Source: Octopus sinensis (Eukaryota). From it: DNA of 64,000 nucleotides. Position numbers and translations under genes: made by a program. The notes under the pieces are model-generated. The model was not told the DNA's origin, ran no database searches, and saw only the letters and a list, made by a program, of their open reading frames with translations. Where the stretch lies: assembly GCF_006345805.1 (NCBI RefSeq), contig NC_043000.1, positions 18,352,001 through 18,416,000 of the forward strand, written 5' to 3'. This document shows, in pieces, positions 14,340 to 27,825 of this stretch (the stretch's first letter is position 1; each line of letters opens with the position of its first letter).

Positions 14340-14890
14340 ACTATTATTATTACTATTATTTCACATACACAACAGATTAGACTGTTGAAAAGAAAAATTC
14401 TTAACATCGGACTACAACAAGTAACCTTAGATGCCAAGGACCTTCTTAAGTGTCCTAGCTGTTCCTAATAATGCTGTTTTCTGGAGCTGCACTAAACTAG
14501 GTTTTATGTTTATTTTCTCCATCCATCTGTTCAATTCTTTAGGGATATTATCATCATTATTATTATTTCCCTTTTTTTTTTGGTGCTCCAGGAGTCTTGT
14601 ATGCATAGTGGGCTTGTTACCTGCAGCCTATGAGACCATACTATTCGTCCTGTTCAGCTATCTAATGCTTTCCTGATTATTCTGGCTGTGCCAAGGAGGC
14701 AAACCTTTTGTAACAGTTCTACTGGGCACTCTATTCCAATTTCCTTTATATTCCTCTCGATGCCTTTTGACACTGTTCCCAAGGACCCAACAATAACTGG
14801 CACTCTCTTCCCCTTCTTCATTTTCCATAGCCAGGCTATTTCGTACTTAAGAGGGTTGTACTTATCTATCTTTTCGCCTTCCTTCTTGAC
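14340..14890 (-). mobile_element. Two tandem 3' ends of different R4/Dong-like (RLE) retrotransposons
   Basis: EKIDKYNPLKYEIAWLW..VPVIVGSLGTVSK..LLQKVCLLGTARIIRKALDS* (about 14890-14660) and IPKELNRWMEKINIKPSLVQLQKTALLGTARTLKKVLGI* (about 14548-14428), each followed by a short UTR and TAA-rich tract. Confidence 0.8.
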
Positions 14891-14899
14891 TATTCATGG

Positions 14900-15935
14900 G
14901 TCAAAAGGGCAGAACTTTCAGGCCAGAAACTATGGATAACTTCCAGAAATCCTTGGCCTAGCAGTGCTACCAGGGGGCACTGCCAGTTCAAAATAAATTC
15001 TACAGGCATGGATGTACTGTCAGTCGGGCTTGTCTGAGATGTGTGCAGAGTGGTGAAACCGTTCTGCATGTTCTCATACAGTGTTCACGCAATGCTGGCT
15101 TGTGGAGCTTTGTCGAACAGTTATTGTCACATGTAGGATGGATCTGGTTATTGTCCAAATTCATTGTGATGATCGCCACACCTCCTTCCTATGGCCAGGA
15201 AAGGAGGACAATTTTCCTCTGCCTGATGGCTATGGCAAAAGAAGCTGTGTGGTGGACACGATTGAAAGGGTTGAAGACGGGTACCTTCCTTTTTGGCCAA
15301 GGCCTCATTGACTTTTTCAGGTTCCACCTGAAAAGGAAGGTGAGGCTGGAGAGAGAGGTACTGTTACCCAGTAAGTTCATTGAATGTGACAAGAATGGCC
15401 TGCATGAGCTGCAAGGTGGCAAGCTGGCAGAAACGTTAGCATGCCGGGTGAAACGCTTAGTGGTATTTCATCTGCTGTTACGTTCTGAGTTCAAATTCTG
15501 CCGAGGTCGCCTTTTGCCTTTCATCCTTTCGGGGTCGATAAATTAAGTACCAGTTATGCACTGAGGCTGATCTAATCGACTTAATCCCTTTGTCTGTCCT
15601 TGTTTGTCCCCTCTATGTTTATCCTCTTGCGGGCAATAAAGAAATAAGAATGGCCTGCATGAATGGGCCTACACTAAGTGTGTGCCAGTAGGCCAAATGG
15701 AAGGGTGAGGAGAGGGCACCTTCCTGAGAAGCCTTTGGTGTTAAGGGGTCCAAAGTGTATGAGGTCTCTTTGGTCACCTTACAGTGGAACTCCCCCCACT
15801 TCTGTTGGGGAAGCATATTGTTGATTTAGTTTCTTTGTTAATCGTTGTGTTTGTTTGCTGTTTAAATGTTTAAGCTCAATGTCTCTCATCTGTGTATCAT
15901 CCTCTATGTTTTGTGTTTGGCCCTGGTGGCCAATA
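14900..15935 (+). mobile_element. L1/Tx1-like LINE 3' fragment (CCHC zinc knuckle + 3'UTR), interrupted by SINE C
   Basis: GALPVQNKFYRHG..RACLRCVQSGETVLHVLIQC..LWSFVEQLL, a CxxC..ET..H...C motif. Confidence 0.7.
15408..15645 (+). mobile_element. SINE family C monomer with 17-bp TSD
   Basis: aagaatggcctgcatga at 15391-15407 and 15646-15662. Confidence 0.9.
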
Positions 15936-15944
15936 CAGAAAGTA

Positions 15945-16218
<274 letters not shown>

Positions 16219-17226
16219 AAGAGGAGATAAATTGCCCAGTAGTCTTTAGATATATATTTTTTTACACTCTGAGTTTCAAAACACATTAGGATCAATTTTT
16301 TTTTTCATCCTGTTATTTGCAAAATAAGTGCAAATCAAGTATTAGTGTCAATTAAATTGATTATTCTCACCCTCTCAAATTTATGATCTTAGGCCTATAT
16401 TAGAAATCATTATTATTACTTTTTTTTTTTTTTGCAGTAATCTTATTTTCATTGTTTGCTTTCACCACACAACCAAGTAGAGCTCTATTTGCCTTTGGTG
16501 CATGAAGTGTTGTTCTTTTGATGTTATGGTTTCTATTGTATTAAAAGTACTCTACATCTGATGTGTGTGCAGTGCTCAATAGTATTATTTCCTGCATACT
16601 GTGCATACAGGAAATATAAGTCCTAGGGGTTTCGGTTACATATTTATCTAGTCATTATTATCTATAGCCCTTGTGGCAAATAAAAAGAAATCGTTAATAT
16701 TATTATTGTATGCCATAACGAACAAACGGATATGTCAGAGCTTTGAGAAAAAGTAATTTTTAACCGGTTTATCTAAATTAAAAATTGTATTTTTTTTTCT
16801 GCTCCAGTTTTTACTAACAAAAGGCTCGTGGATTGTTTGAACAACAACAACAACAACAACAAAACAGTAACAGCAGCAACAACAACAACAACAACCATTG
16901 ATGCCTGTTAATCCTCTACTACAATGTTTGGAATATGAACAAGACACTGCAAGTGAGAGGCGACAATGGTCTCAACTGAATCACTGAGGCTTAATGAAGC
17001 AATCAATATTAAAATGACATCGTGAATAGAGAGAAAGAAAACTCCGAGCCAAGGGTGAAACTGATTTATGTCATTCTCCAGCGAATGTTCATCATTTATT
17101 TATTTATGCTTCATTGATTGGAGTCTCTCACATCTGTTCTGCTCTTATCAGTGCAATGGACTTTCCCAGGATGGGACATCAGCATTGGGAAGGAAATATC
17201 TTTACTATATCAAAATATATATAGAG

Positions 17227-17227
<1 letters not shown>

Positions 17228-17268
<41 letters not shown>

Positions 17269-17719
17269 GATGATGATGATGACAATGAGAATAATGGTAG
17301 TGTGGTAGAGAAGGGGTGAGAATTGATGGTGATGATGATTCTGAGGAGGATAATGGTGGTGGTTGTGGTGGTGTTGGCAGTGGTTGTGGCGTTGGTGGTG
17401 GTTGTGGTGGTGACTGTGGTGGTATTGGGGTGGTTGTGGTGGTGGTTGAGGTAGTGGTTGTGGTGATGGTTATGGTGTGCGATGGTGATGGTAGTGGTGG
17501 TGGTTGTGGTGGTTGTGGCAGTATTAGCGGTGATGATGGTGATAGTGGTGTGTTGTGGTGGTGTTGGTGGTGATGATCATGGTGGTGGTGCTGGTGGTGT
17601 TGGTGGTGGCTATATGACGATAATGATGATGATGATGACGATGATGACGATGATGATGATGATGATGATGATGATATGATGATGATGATGATGACGACGA
17701 TGACGATGATGATGATGAC

Positions 17720-17753
<34 letters not shown>

Positions 17754-18206
17754 ATCATGATGAGGATGATGATGATGATGATGGTATTGGTAATGCTAGC
17801 AATCCTGATAGTATAATGATGTTGGTGGTGTTGGTGGTTATAGTAGTAGCAGTGAATGGTGGCAATGATGTAAGTGGTGGTGTAAGCAGTAGTGATGGTG
17901 GGTGATGGGTGTGGTGTTGTTGGTAGTGGTTGATGATGAAGATGCTGATGGTGATGACGGTTGGCAGAGTGGGAATATCGAAGTGAGAGAGATGATTGTG
18001 ATGACAGTGAGGAGGATGAAGATGAGGAGAGAAGGGGGTGATGCTGACAGAGTTGGTACTGATGGCGAGGATGGTCCTGATAGTATGATATTGATAATGA
18101 CGTAGATGATGACGATGCAGATGATGATGATGACAACAACGACTATGTTGATGATGATGTGGATGATGATGATGGTGGTGATGATGATGATGATGATGAC
18201 GATGAC

Positions 18207-18250
<44 letters not shown>

Positions 18251-18560
18251 CAACATCGACTATGTTGATGATGATGTGGATGATGATGATGGTGGTGATG
18301 ATGATGATGATGACGATGACGATGATGATGATGATGACAACGACTATGTTGATGATGATATGGATGATGATGATGGTGGTGATGATGATGATGATGACGA
18401 TGACGATGACGATGATGATGATGATGATGATTGTGGTGCGGTCTGGTGGTAACAATGATTATAAGGAGGATGGCCATCATCCTCATCATCATCATCATCA
18501 TCACCATTGTTGTTGCCATCACCACCACCACCACCATCATAACTACCATCATCCTCATCC

Positions 18561-18594
<34 letters not shown>

Positions 18595-18600
18595 AGCAAG
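17228..18600. repeat. Large (GCT)/(GGT)/(GAT)/(CAT) compound microsatellite field
   Basis: Direct reading. Confidence 0.9.
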
Positions 18601-19454
18601 TTCCTTGCCTGTGAGGATATGATAATGAAGAGGAAATAAGTCAATTATCGTTATAATAGTATATTTGAAAAATCTAGAACAATATGTCCACATGTAATAG
18701 AGTCAAACATTCAGCTTTAGTGCCACAACCATCCTGCCAGACAATATCCTCCTGACACTTCTGTGGTGGTGATGGTGATGATGGTGGTAGTGGTGGTGGT
18801 GGTTGTGTTGGTGGTGGTGGTGAGGATGGAAGTACTCTGTTCTGAGTTCTGAGTTCAAATGTTGTTGAGGTCAACTTTGCCTTTCAACCTTGCCTGCCAC
18901 CATCATCATCACAACAATCACTACTGTCACTACTGTTTCTATTATTCACCCATGACCACCACCACCACCACCAACATCAAGTCAATGTAGGAGCCTCATC
19001 TTGCTTTAAAAAAGAGTGAAATCTCCCTCAAGTCATCCCTTTCACCATCTTAAGAAAAGAAAACACATTGGATAACATAGTCCTGAGTTCCCCCGTGCAG
19101 GAGAAAAAAGGTGGATGGGAGAGGCATGGCTGGAATGCATTTGATCATTCGTCTTCTTGATCAGGGTTAACTTTCAACCTTGGTGGTTGATAAAGTAGTT
19201 ACCAGTTGAACACTTGGGTCAATGTAATTGACCATCCCCTTAAATTTCAAGCCTTGGGTCTATTGTAGGAAGAATTATCTAATATTTCCTTCCTTCTTTA
19301 ATACAGTTACTAGCGCTATGACCCGGCGTTGCTGGGTCTATTGCTAATGCTTGTTGTTCGTTGCTGGGTCGCAGTAAAAATTTCTCACTAAATCAAGAGC
19401 TAAGTTTCTTATCACATTTCAGCCCGGGCAAGTTTTGTTGTTTATGAGCTAGTT

Positions 19455-19848
19455 ACTCTTTTACTCTTTTACTTGTTTCAGTCATTTGACTGTGGCCATG
19501 CTGGAGCACCACCTTTAGTCGAGCAAATCGACCCCGGGACTTATTCTTTGTAAGCCCAGTACCTATTCTATCCGTCTCTTTTTGCCGAACCGCTAAGTGA
19601 CGGGGACGTAAACGCACCAGCATTGGTTGTCAAGCGATGTTGGGGGGACAAACACAGACACACAAACACATACACATATACATAGGACAGGCTTCTTTCA
19701 GTTTCCATCTACCAAATCCACTCACAAGGCATTGGTCGGCCCGGGGCTATAGCAGAAGACACTTGCCCAAGGTGCCACGCAGTGGGACTGAACCTGGCAC
19801 CATGTGGTTGGTTAGCAAGCTACTTACCACACAGCCACTCCTGCACCT
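19455..19848 (-). mobile_element. SINE family B
   Basis: Full motif set. Confidence 0.85.
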
Positions 19849-20997
19849 GGAGCTTTTTATGAGAGTAATTAAAATTCATTGGACTTTGGTTTTCACACCT
19901 GGAACAGCATAATCATGGAAAATTAGTTGGACAAAAAAGGAGGCAGAAGAAAGCGAAAAAAACTCGAATTTGGCCACAAAATAGCAGGATTTTGAAAATA
20001 CACATAAATCTCGTCTGTTGAGCTTTGGTTTCACACCCGACCCAGTTCTGCGCAATCAGTGTTGCGACGGGAATGCATGGTTGGGAGTTTGACTGGCAGA
20101 GGTGATCAAGTTGTACATGCCAGCCCTTTTGACACCAACTCCTCCACACCTAACCCCCTAGTCCTATGAGTGAATAGTGATGGTGGGAAGAAAAGTGCTG
20201 ATTCCGGAAAAAAGGCAGAGCAATTAGAGCACAAAAACCAGTATTCAAAGTGATTTTATGAGTATGATGCATTGAAGCAAGTAACGCAGTAAGGTGAATA
20301 GTTATAAGTTCATGACGCATAGAAGAACCTAAGACATCAAGGTTAACTAAGGTATAAATAATAGGTATGCCTTTTGCTGGAAGGCTAATTGGGCTCCCGA
20401 TCCACTGAAATGGAGGGGGTTTGGTTCAGAACACAATTAAGCCTTATGGAAGGGGGCTTGGGAGCCTCTAATAGGCAGCTTCTAATCCCGATCTATCACT
20501 AACCCATCCTAGGGGTTCTAAATGACATGGCTGTAGAGGAAATTGGCTGTGGAGATGTGCATGGTGGGTTTGTTTCAGAGGAGGATGACTGCATTGGATT
20601 AAGGACCATTGAAGAATGTAGCTTTGGAGATCCTAACTTGTTAATTATTCCCTGCATTTCTCAAATCAAAAAAGTGTTGATGTTTGAAAGCCAAAACACA
20701 TGATAATGTGATAAATCTCAGAGCGAGTTATAAACAGTAGCGGTAACACATCATGACGTATATTTGCCATTTGAATATGGCTAACCCCTAAGGGTGGATG
20801 CTACTGTAGTTTGTAGCCCCAGGAAGACACCTCCTCCAGCTGGCTGTAGACACACTTTCTGTGCCCTATCAGTATTTGTGAGGGGAAGTCATCCTTCCCT
20901 TCTTCAACTTATGATACACACGGACTCGAGTTTCAAGGTATTGACCTATCATCGGCGTGCTAATTTCATGATCGTAATATTACTATACACGCACAAT

Positions 20998-21306
20998 ATC
21001 ACGTGATCACATGACCGACCAGACCATCAGATGTTGTTACACATCACTGGTCACAATGAGTTCGCATTGTTTTAGCCTTCAAATGACGCTACCCCGCTGG
21101 CTAAGCGAGCAGGCCAACAGAAGAAAGAGTGAGAGAAAGTTGTGGCGAAAGAGTACAGCAGGGATCATCACCCCCTGCCGGAGCCTCGTCGAGCTTTAGG
21201 TGTTTTTCGCTCAATAAACATACACAACGCCCGGTCTGGGAATCGAAACCATGATCCTCCGACCGCGAGTCCACTGCCCTAACCATTGGGCCATTGCACC
21301 TCCACA
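20998..21306 (-). mobile_element. tRNA-headed SINE family A, short-tail variant
   Basis: Head ggagg(t)gcaatggcccaatggttagg..gtttcgattccc; tail ending in a cacgtgat E-box. Confidence 0.85.
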
Positions 21307-21769
21307 TGCACAATATATTATTGGTTATTGTAATATTGTAATATAGACATCATCCTAACTAATCTATTGTTATCAAAAAAATACAACAACCACTGGGGAT
21401 ATACTTACTATGACGAAAAATATATGAGCAAGTTATGATATATAATTTTTTTTTGTGCAGGGGTTCCTTGAGATATGTAATTTATTTTAAGGGTTACATT
21501 AAGGTAAGAAGGTTAAGAAACACTGGTCTAGTGAGTCAAACAACCATACAGAGGCTCATTCTTTGGCTTGGTGGTGATGATGTTGCTGGTGATAGTAGCG
21601 AGTCACATAAGTTTCAATGTCTTTCTTCTTAACTGGCTCATTGCAAGCAAAGATATAGAATATATGTCTGCATATATTTGTTGTTGTTATTGTTGGTTGG
21701 GCCCAGGTTGGCTCTGATCAGATAAACTTATAATTAAAGACATTCCAGCCATGATTCTTTTATTCTGTT

Positions 21770-22160
21770 ATTCTTTCACTTGTTACAGTCATTTGACTGT
21801 GGGTAAACTGGAGCACTGCCTTAAAGGGTTTTCTTAGTCAAAGAAAACAATTCCAAAACTTATTCTTTGTAAGTCTAGTACTTATTCTATTGGTCTCTTT
21901 TGTTGAACTGCTAAGTTACAGGGACCGTAAACACACCAACATCGGTTATTAAGTGATGGTGGGGGGGGAGAAATACAGACACAAAGACACATACACATTA
22001 ATATATACATACATACATACATACATATATACGACAGGCTTCTTTCAGTTTCTGTCTATCAAATCCACTCACAAGGCTTTGGTCAGCCTGAGGCTATTAT
22101 GGAAGACACTTGCCCAAAGTGTCACACAGTGGGACTGAACCCAGAACCATGTGGTTTAGA
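21770..22160 (-). mobile_element. SINE family B, diverged
   Basis: Family motifs. Confidence 0.7.
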
Positions 22161-22956
22161 AGCAATTTTCTTTCTACAGAGCCTTTTTTTTTTTTTTTCG
22201 TATTGTTGGGTGTAGTTTGAGGAAAATTTAAGTTGCTATTTCTATCAGGTTTAGAAGAATCCCCCTGTATATCACCCAATACACATGGGCAAGGAAAGAT
22301 AACAAGACTCATTTCCCTCTAGGCTGTGTACCAATATGATAAATTGAAATTAGTCCTGAAAGCTAACAAACATTATGAACCAATGAGGGAACCTTTATGT
22401 GGCTGCTTGACTAGTTAGAAATAGCAGTCCAAATCTCAATCAAATTACACTCTATCATCTTAAAAACAAAAGTAAGTGACTTAATAATGTAGTCCTGAGT
22501 ATATAGCCTAGGCATAAAAAAAAGGAGCAAGCTGGAAAAGTGATTATGGCTAAACTTTGTTCATAGGTTTGTTCAAAGGTTTGCATGATCAGGGCTGATC
22601 TGTGGCTAAAGAAAAGCAATAACTACAAAACGTTTGTTACTTACGAAATACTTCCTGGATATTATACTAAAAAATAGATCCTCCCTATGGTACATATTTG
22701 CTACTAATTGGATTGGGTAACTGAGACATGAGTGTATTTGACATGGACACAGTTCAGCTGTGGTGTTTGTGCTACAAAATAGTATAAATGTTAACTACAA
22801 AGAAACATTTGTAGTATTTTCTCAGGAAATGGTGTTGTTATTGTTGTTGTTGTTTTGCCTTAAGTTAGCCTAACTGAGCAGACCTATAATCAAGGGTGTT
22901 CTATTTATAATCATCTCATCTATCTTTTATTCACACATAATGTATCTATAACTAGG

Positions 22957-23365
22957 CACAGGAGTGGCTGTGTGGTAAGTAGCTTGCTTACGAACCACAT
23001 GGTTCCGGATTCAGTCCCATTGCGTGACACCTTGGGTAAGTGTCTTCTACTATAGCCTCGGGCCGACCAAAGCCTTGTGAGTGGATTTGGTAGATGGAAA
23101 CTGAAAGAAGCCCATCGTATATATGTATATATATATATATATATATGTGTGTATGTGCATGTTTGTGTGTCCGTGTTTGTCCCCCCAACATCGCTTGACA
23201 ACTGATGCTGGTGTGTTTATGTCCCCGTAACTTAGCGGGCATCCAGCTGTAGAAACACTGCCAGATCTGACTGGCCTGGTGCAACCTTCGGGCTTCCCAG
23301 ACCCCAGTTGAACCGGCCAACCCATGCTAGCATGGAAAGCGGACGTTAAACGGTGATGATGATAA
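22957..23365 (+). mobile_element. Chimera: SINE B 5' part fused to the (GAT)n-tailed LINE 3' end
   Basis: Junction cttagcgg|gcatccagctg at about 23238. Confidence 0.8.
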
Positions 23366-24107
23366 CACAATTTTCTTCAAATGAGGAAGAGCAATAAAAG
23401 AAGCTCCATAAATTTCATACTCATGTTCAAGCTTGTCAAATCATTGTATCTCCCCTGGTTTTCCATTTTTAGTCGTTGAAACATTACATGTAATTTTTAG
23501 AACACTATGAAAAGGAAATATAATGTTAGATCTTAGAATGAGAAAACTCTACCGGGTGATGGCTTTTGTTTCGAGAGAAAAAAAAGTTCTTGCCTCACAA
23601 ATTTTAAACAAATACAACACTGATGTTGCTGAAACTCATTTTCCTGGAGTAGTCAACTGGAAGAATTAAGAGGAAATTACTCTTTTAATTGGATATAAGC
23701 AAGGAAGAATATGAAACTAGGTCACCTGGTATTGGGTTTACAGTAAAACCTACCATTACTAAACAACCATTATCACTTCCCCATGGTTGAGGCAATCACA
23801 TTATGACATTAACAGTGGCTCTGAAGGAGGAGAATTCACCATATCTAATAAGATGCTATGCTCCAATAATGTCACATAATAACACAACAAAGAATAGTTT
23901 ACATTCTGTTATCTTAAAAATCTCTGCTACAGCTTAGAGATTTTATTGTGAGAATGGGTTCTGATTCTAATACTTGGTCTGGCGTGATCGGCAAACACAA
24001 TGTAGACAAAATGAATAGCAATGGGCTGCTCCTGCTTTTCTTTTGTAATGAACTTGAACTCCCTTTCACAAACACACTGTTTCAGCTACCATATAACTAT
24101 AAAATAG

Positions 24108-24492
24108 TGGAGGCGCAATGGCCCAGTGGTTAGGGCAGCGGACTCGCCGTCATAGGATCGAGGTTTCGATTCCCAGACCGGGCGTTGTGAGTGTTTATTG
24201 AGCGAAAACACCTAAAGCTCCACGAGGCTCCGACAGGGGATAGTGGTGATCCCTGCTGTACTCTTTCACCACAACTTTCTCTCACTCTTACTTCCTGTTT
24301 CTGTTGTACCTGTATTTTCCCAAAGGGCTGGCCTTGTCACTCTCTGTGTCACGCTGAATATCCCCGAGAACTACGTTAAGGGTACACATGTCTGTGGAGT
24401 GCTCAGCCACTTACACGTTAATTTCACGAGCAGGCTGTTCCGTTGATTCGGATCAACTGGAACCCTCGTCGTCGTAACCGACGGAGTGCTTC
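24108..24492 (+). mobile_element. SINE family A, long-tail variant
   Basis: ggaggcgcaatggcccagtggttagg head; ends cgacggagtgcttcc; taactataaaa repeated on both flanks. Confidence 0.9.
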
Positions 24493-25021
24493 CTTTTTAA
24501 CTATAAAACAACTTCGATGTATCTTCATTTCACAAGGAATAGGATTTAATTTATTACAAAATCATTCCAAAAAGAAAAGTGAAATTTTTTTTTACTTCGG
24601 GTGTGCATTCCACACACCACTTATTGACTGTTGGATCATTCTTGTGTGGAAAAATAGCTTTCAAAATTTCAGAAAAACAATAATGTGGAAAACAAAAAGC
24701 TTCCAGATGTGTAAATGCCAAGCACTCAAGAGAGAGGATAAAGAACATAAACTCTCAGATAGATTAGATGCAAGAGTCAAATGTAATTATTACAGGAAGC
24801 TGGAGGTGCTCCAAGGAAGCAACATATTCTGTTTCATTTGAAATATTTGAACTCAGACTGCCTTGTAACGACCATCATCAGGATTGGTTCAACAAGAGCA
24901 ACCTTGAAATCTCTCTTATATTGCATATTTTACGCAAAACTTCAATATCCAGGGAAAATGACAAGTTACAAAGATGACCTACATTGAGATGAAAAAAACA
25001 GTAGTAAAGTCTTTAACAAGT

Positions 25022-25442
25022 ATACATTTCTTTACTACCCACAGGGGGCTAAACACAGAGGGGACAAACAAGGACAGACAAACGGATTAAGTCACTTACA
25101 TTGACACCAGTGTGTAACTGGTACTTAATTTATCGACCCCGAAAGGATGAAAGGCAAAGTCGACCTCGGCGGAATTTGAACTCAGAACGTAGCGGCAGAC
25201 GAAATACGTATTTCTTTACTACCCACAAGGGAATAAACACAGAGGGGACAAACAAGGACAGACAAACGGATTAAGTCACTTACATTGACTCCAGTGTGTA
25301 ACTGGTACTTAATTTATCGACCCCGAAAGGATGAAAGGCAAAGTTGACCTCGGCGGAATTTGAACTCAGAACGTAACGGCAGACGAAATATGGCTACGCA
25401 TTTTGCCCGGTGTGCTACCATTTCTGCCAGCTCGCCGCCTTT
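25022..25442 (-). mobile_element. SINE family C dimer
   Basis: Two units joined at gacgaaatacg|tatttctttac (about 25200). Confidence 0.85.
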
Positions 25443-25764
25443 GTCTTTAACAAGTAGAATAGTAATAAAGTGGGCACACTAAGCTACTGAGATTCAGTTT
25501 GCAGCAGATAGAAAGGACATTAAGATTTGCAGAAGGAGGTTTATAGACTGGTTTACATCCTGTCATGACTGCTGATGATATAAAATTGCTAACTGAGAAA
25601 CAAAATTAGATTTTACAAAAAAGGAAGGAACACTTTGAAATGGTTTGATTCCTGATTCAAAATTATAGGATAAGAAATACTAAATTTCTAAATCTCTCGT
25701 AGAGACATGTACGGTGGTGGGGCAATAGAATAGTTGTATACTGTCAATCTAACATGAACTTTAT

Positions 25765-25996
25765 TACCCACAAGGGGCTAAACACAGAGAGGATAAACAA
25801 GGACAGTCATAGGTATTAAGTCGATTACCCCAGTGAGTAACTGGTACTTAATTTATCGACCCCGAAAGGATGAAAGGCAAAGTCGACCTCGGCGGAATTT
25901 GAACTCAGAACGTAACGGCAGACAAAAAAACCACTAAGCATTTCGCCCGGCGTGCTAACATTTCTGCCAGCTCACCACCTTGTTTCTGCCAGCTCG
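25765..25996 (-). mobile_element. SINE family C monomer
   Basis: Family motifs. Confidence 0.8.
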
Positions 25997-26183
25997 CCGC
26001 TGTTTAGCCCTAGGAAGCATTGACGCCTCCTGATGGCTTTGACACATTTTTCCTGTATCCTTATATACATTTACGAAGGGGCGGCTGGGGGTATTTGTCT
26101 CCCCTTCGTAAATATATAAGGACACAGGAAAAATGTGTCAAAGCCTTCAGGAGGCGTCGATGCTTCCTAGGGCTAAACAGCGG
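25997..26183. mobile_element. Fold-back element/MITE, ~83-bp inverted arms, 19-nt loop
   Basis: ccgctgtttagccctaggaagcatt..tacgaagggg / ccccttcgta..gcttcctagggctaaacagcgg. Confidence 0.8.
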
Positions 26184-26412
26184 TGGTGTACCCCCCTACT
26201 GTCACGTTCATGTTAGATTGACAGTATACAACCAATTATAGGATATTCTTCCATCAATTTCAAAAAAACCCAGAAATAGTACAACTTTTAAATGAACCTA
26301 AGCTTATTGCTGTCCAAGCTACAACAAAATAGCATATGGGAAACTCTGGGTCAAAGCAACCTATTTCTTGAAGTCTACAAATATGGTGGCACAAAAGCAT
26401 CTCACACACATA

Positions 26413-26830
26413 CTCTTTACTCTTTTACTCTTTTACTTGTTTCAGTTATTTGACTGCGGCCATGCTGGAGCACCGCCTTTAGTCGAGCAAATCGACCCTG
26501 GAACTTATTCTTTGTAAGCCCAGTACTTATTCTATCGGTCTCTTTTGCCGAACCACTAAGTGACGGGGACGTAAACACACCAGCATCGGTTGTCAAGCAA
26601 TGCTACGGGGACAAACACAGACACACAAACACACACACACATACATATATATATACATATATATACATATATATATGACAGGCTTCTTTCAGTTTCCATC
26701 TACCAAATCCACTCACAAGGCATTGGTCGGCCCGGGGCTATAGAAGAAGACACTTGCCCAAGATGCCACGCAGTGGGACTGAACCTGGAACCATGTGGTT
26801 GGTTAGCAAGCTACTTACCACGCAGCCACT
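26413..26830 (-). mobile_element. SINE family B
   Basis: Full motif set. Confidence 0.85.
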
Positions 26831-27301
26831 ACCAATTTATAGTAAACAACTAAACAAAGCATTTACTCAGGGTTAGACTCCATGCTTAGAGTAGAGTCAA
26901 ATCCATCCATCATTTTGAATTGACTCAAGTTGTGTGTGCGTGTGTGTATGTGTGTGTGCGTGCTTGTGTGTGTGTGTGTGCACCCATGTGTTCTAAACAC
27001 TAGGAAGTAATCTGATGTAAGTAAATATGATACCTGGTTGGGTTTTAATTTTAGATGTCGAAACAGTATATTGCAACCTACGGCTTGCAGTCACGTTGAT
27101 TGTCGGTAATTGGATTCTTTCAAAACTAAGCAGGTGGCTAATTTTTATAAGAGGAAAAAGATAAATGGATCATCAAGCGTATTACTGTTACTGTTTTTCT
27201 CAATTCTGGAGATGTGGCACCTGCAGTGATTATAAATTAGAACAATGAGATGATAAACAAAGTAGTTGCTACAGGTGTGTGTGTGTGTGTGTGTGTTTGT
27301 G

Positions 27302-27337
<36 letters not shown>

Positions 27338-27587
27338 TGCATGTCTGTGTGTGTGCATGTGTGTGTGTGTGTGTGTGATATCTGGATTTCTGGGGTAATG
27401 TGACTCAGTAGGGGCATAGCTTAGAAATCAGGGAATCTCTCCTGATCAAGCTGCTACTTCTCTCCATAGAGATGCCACAGCTCTGCTACTATGGAAATGT
27501 GATAAGAATGTTGCAGGAAAGAATCACAAGATGGATTCTTCAAGCGGATCCAACTGGCAGGAGACCTAGGGGTAGACCAAGAATGTA

Positions 27588-27825
27588 AAGGTGGCAAGCT
27601 GGCAGAAATGTTAGCACACCGGACGAAATGCTTAGCGGTATTTCATCTGCTGTTCCATTCTAAGTTCAAATTCTGCCACGGTCGACTTTGCCTTTCATCC
27701 TTTCAGGGTCGATAAATTAAGTACCAGTTACACACTGGGGTCGATGTAATTGACTTAATACCTTTGTCTGTCTTTGTTTGTCCCCTCTGTGTTTAGCCCC
27801 TTGTGGGCAATAAAGAAACAAGAAG
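27588..27825 (+). mobile_element. SINE family C monomer
   Basis: aaggtggcaagctggcagaa..gggcaataaagaaacaagaa. Confidence 0.85.

Larger units (their letters stand above)
23530..25700 (+). mobile_element. Decayed RTE (BovB-like) ORF2: APE endonuclease and linker, interrupted by SINEs A and C
   Basis: ILNKYNTDVA..ETHF; VGSDSNTWSGVIGKH..NSNGLLLL..C..L..TNTLFQLP; DCW..; HHQDWFNKSNLEI; EIQFAADRKD; KEHF. Confidence 0.75.

Noticed and set aside
18159-18452. Asp-rich ORF resembling molluscan acidic shell-matrix proteins
   Set aside because: It lies wholly in a (GAT)n field, with no signal peptide, splice context or non-repeat coding flank.
20150-20760. Possible Penelope or other retroelement remnant
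   Set aside because: No RT, GIY-YIG or hammerhead motif could be confirmed.
24108-24180. tRNA-like sequences at SINE-A, B and C heads
   Set aside because: They have A/B boxes but no closed acceptor stem, and each continues into a shared SINE body, so they are not tRNA genes.
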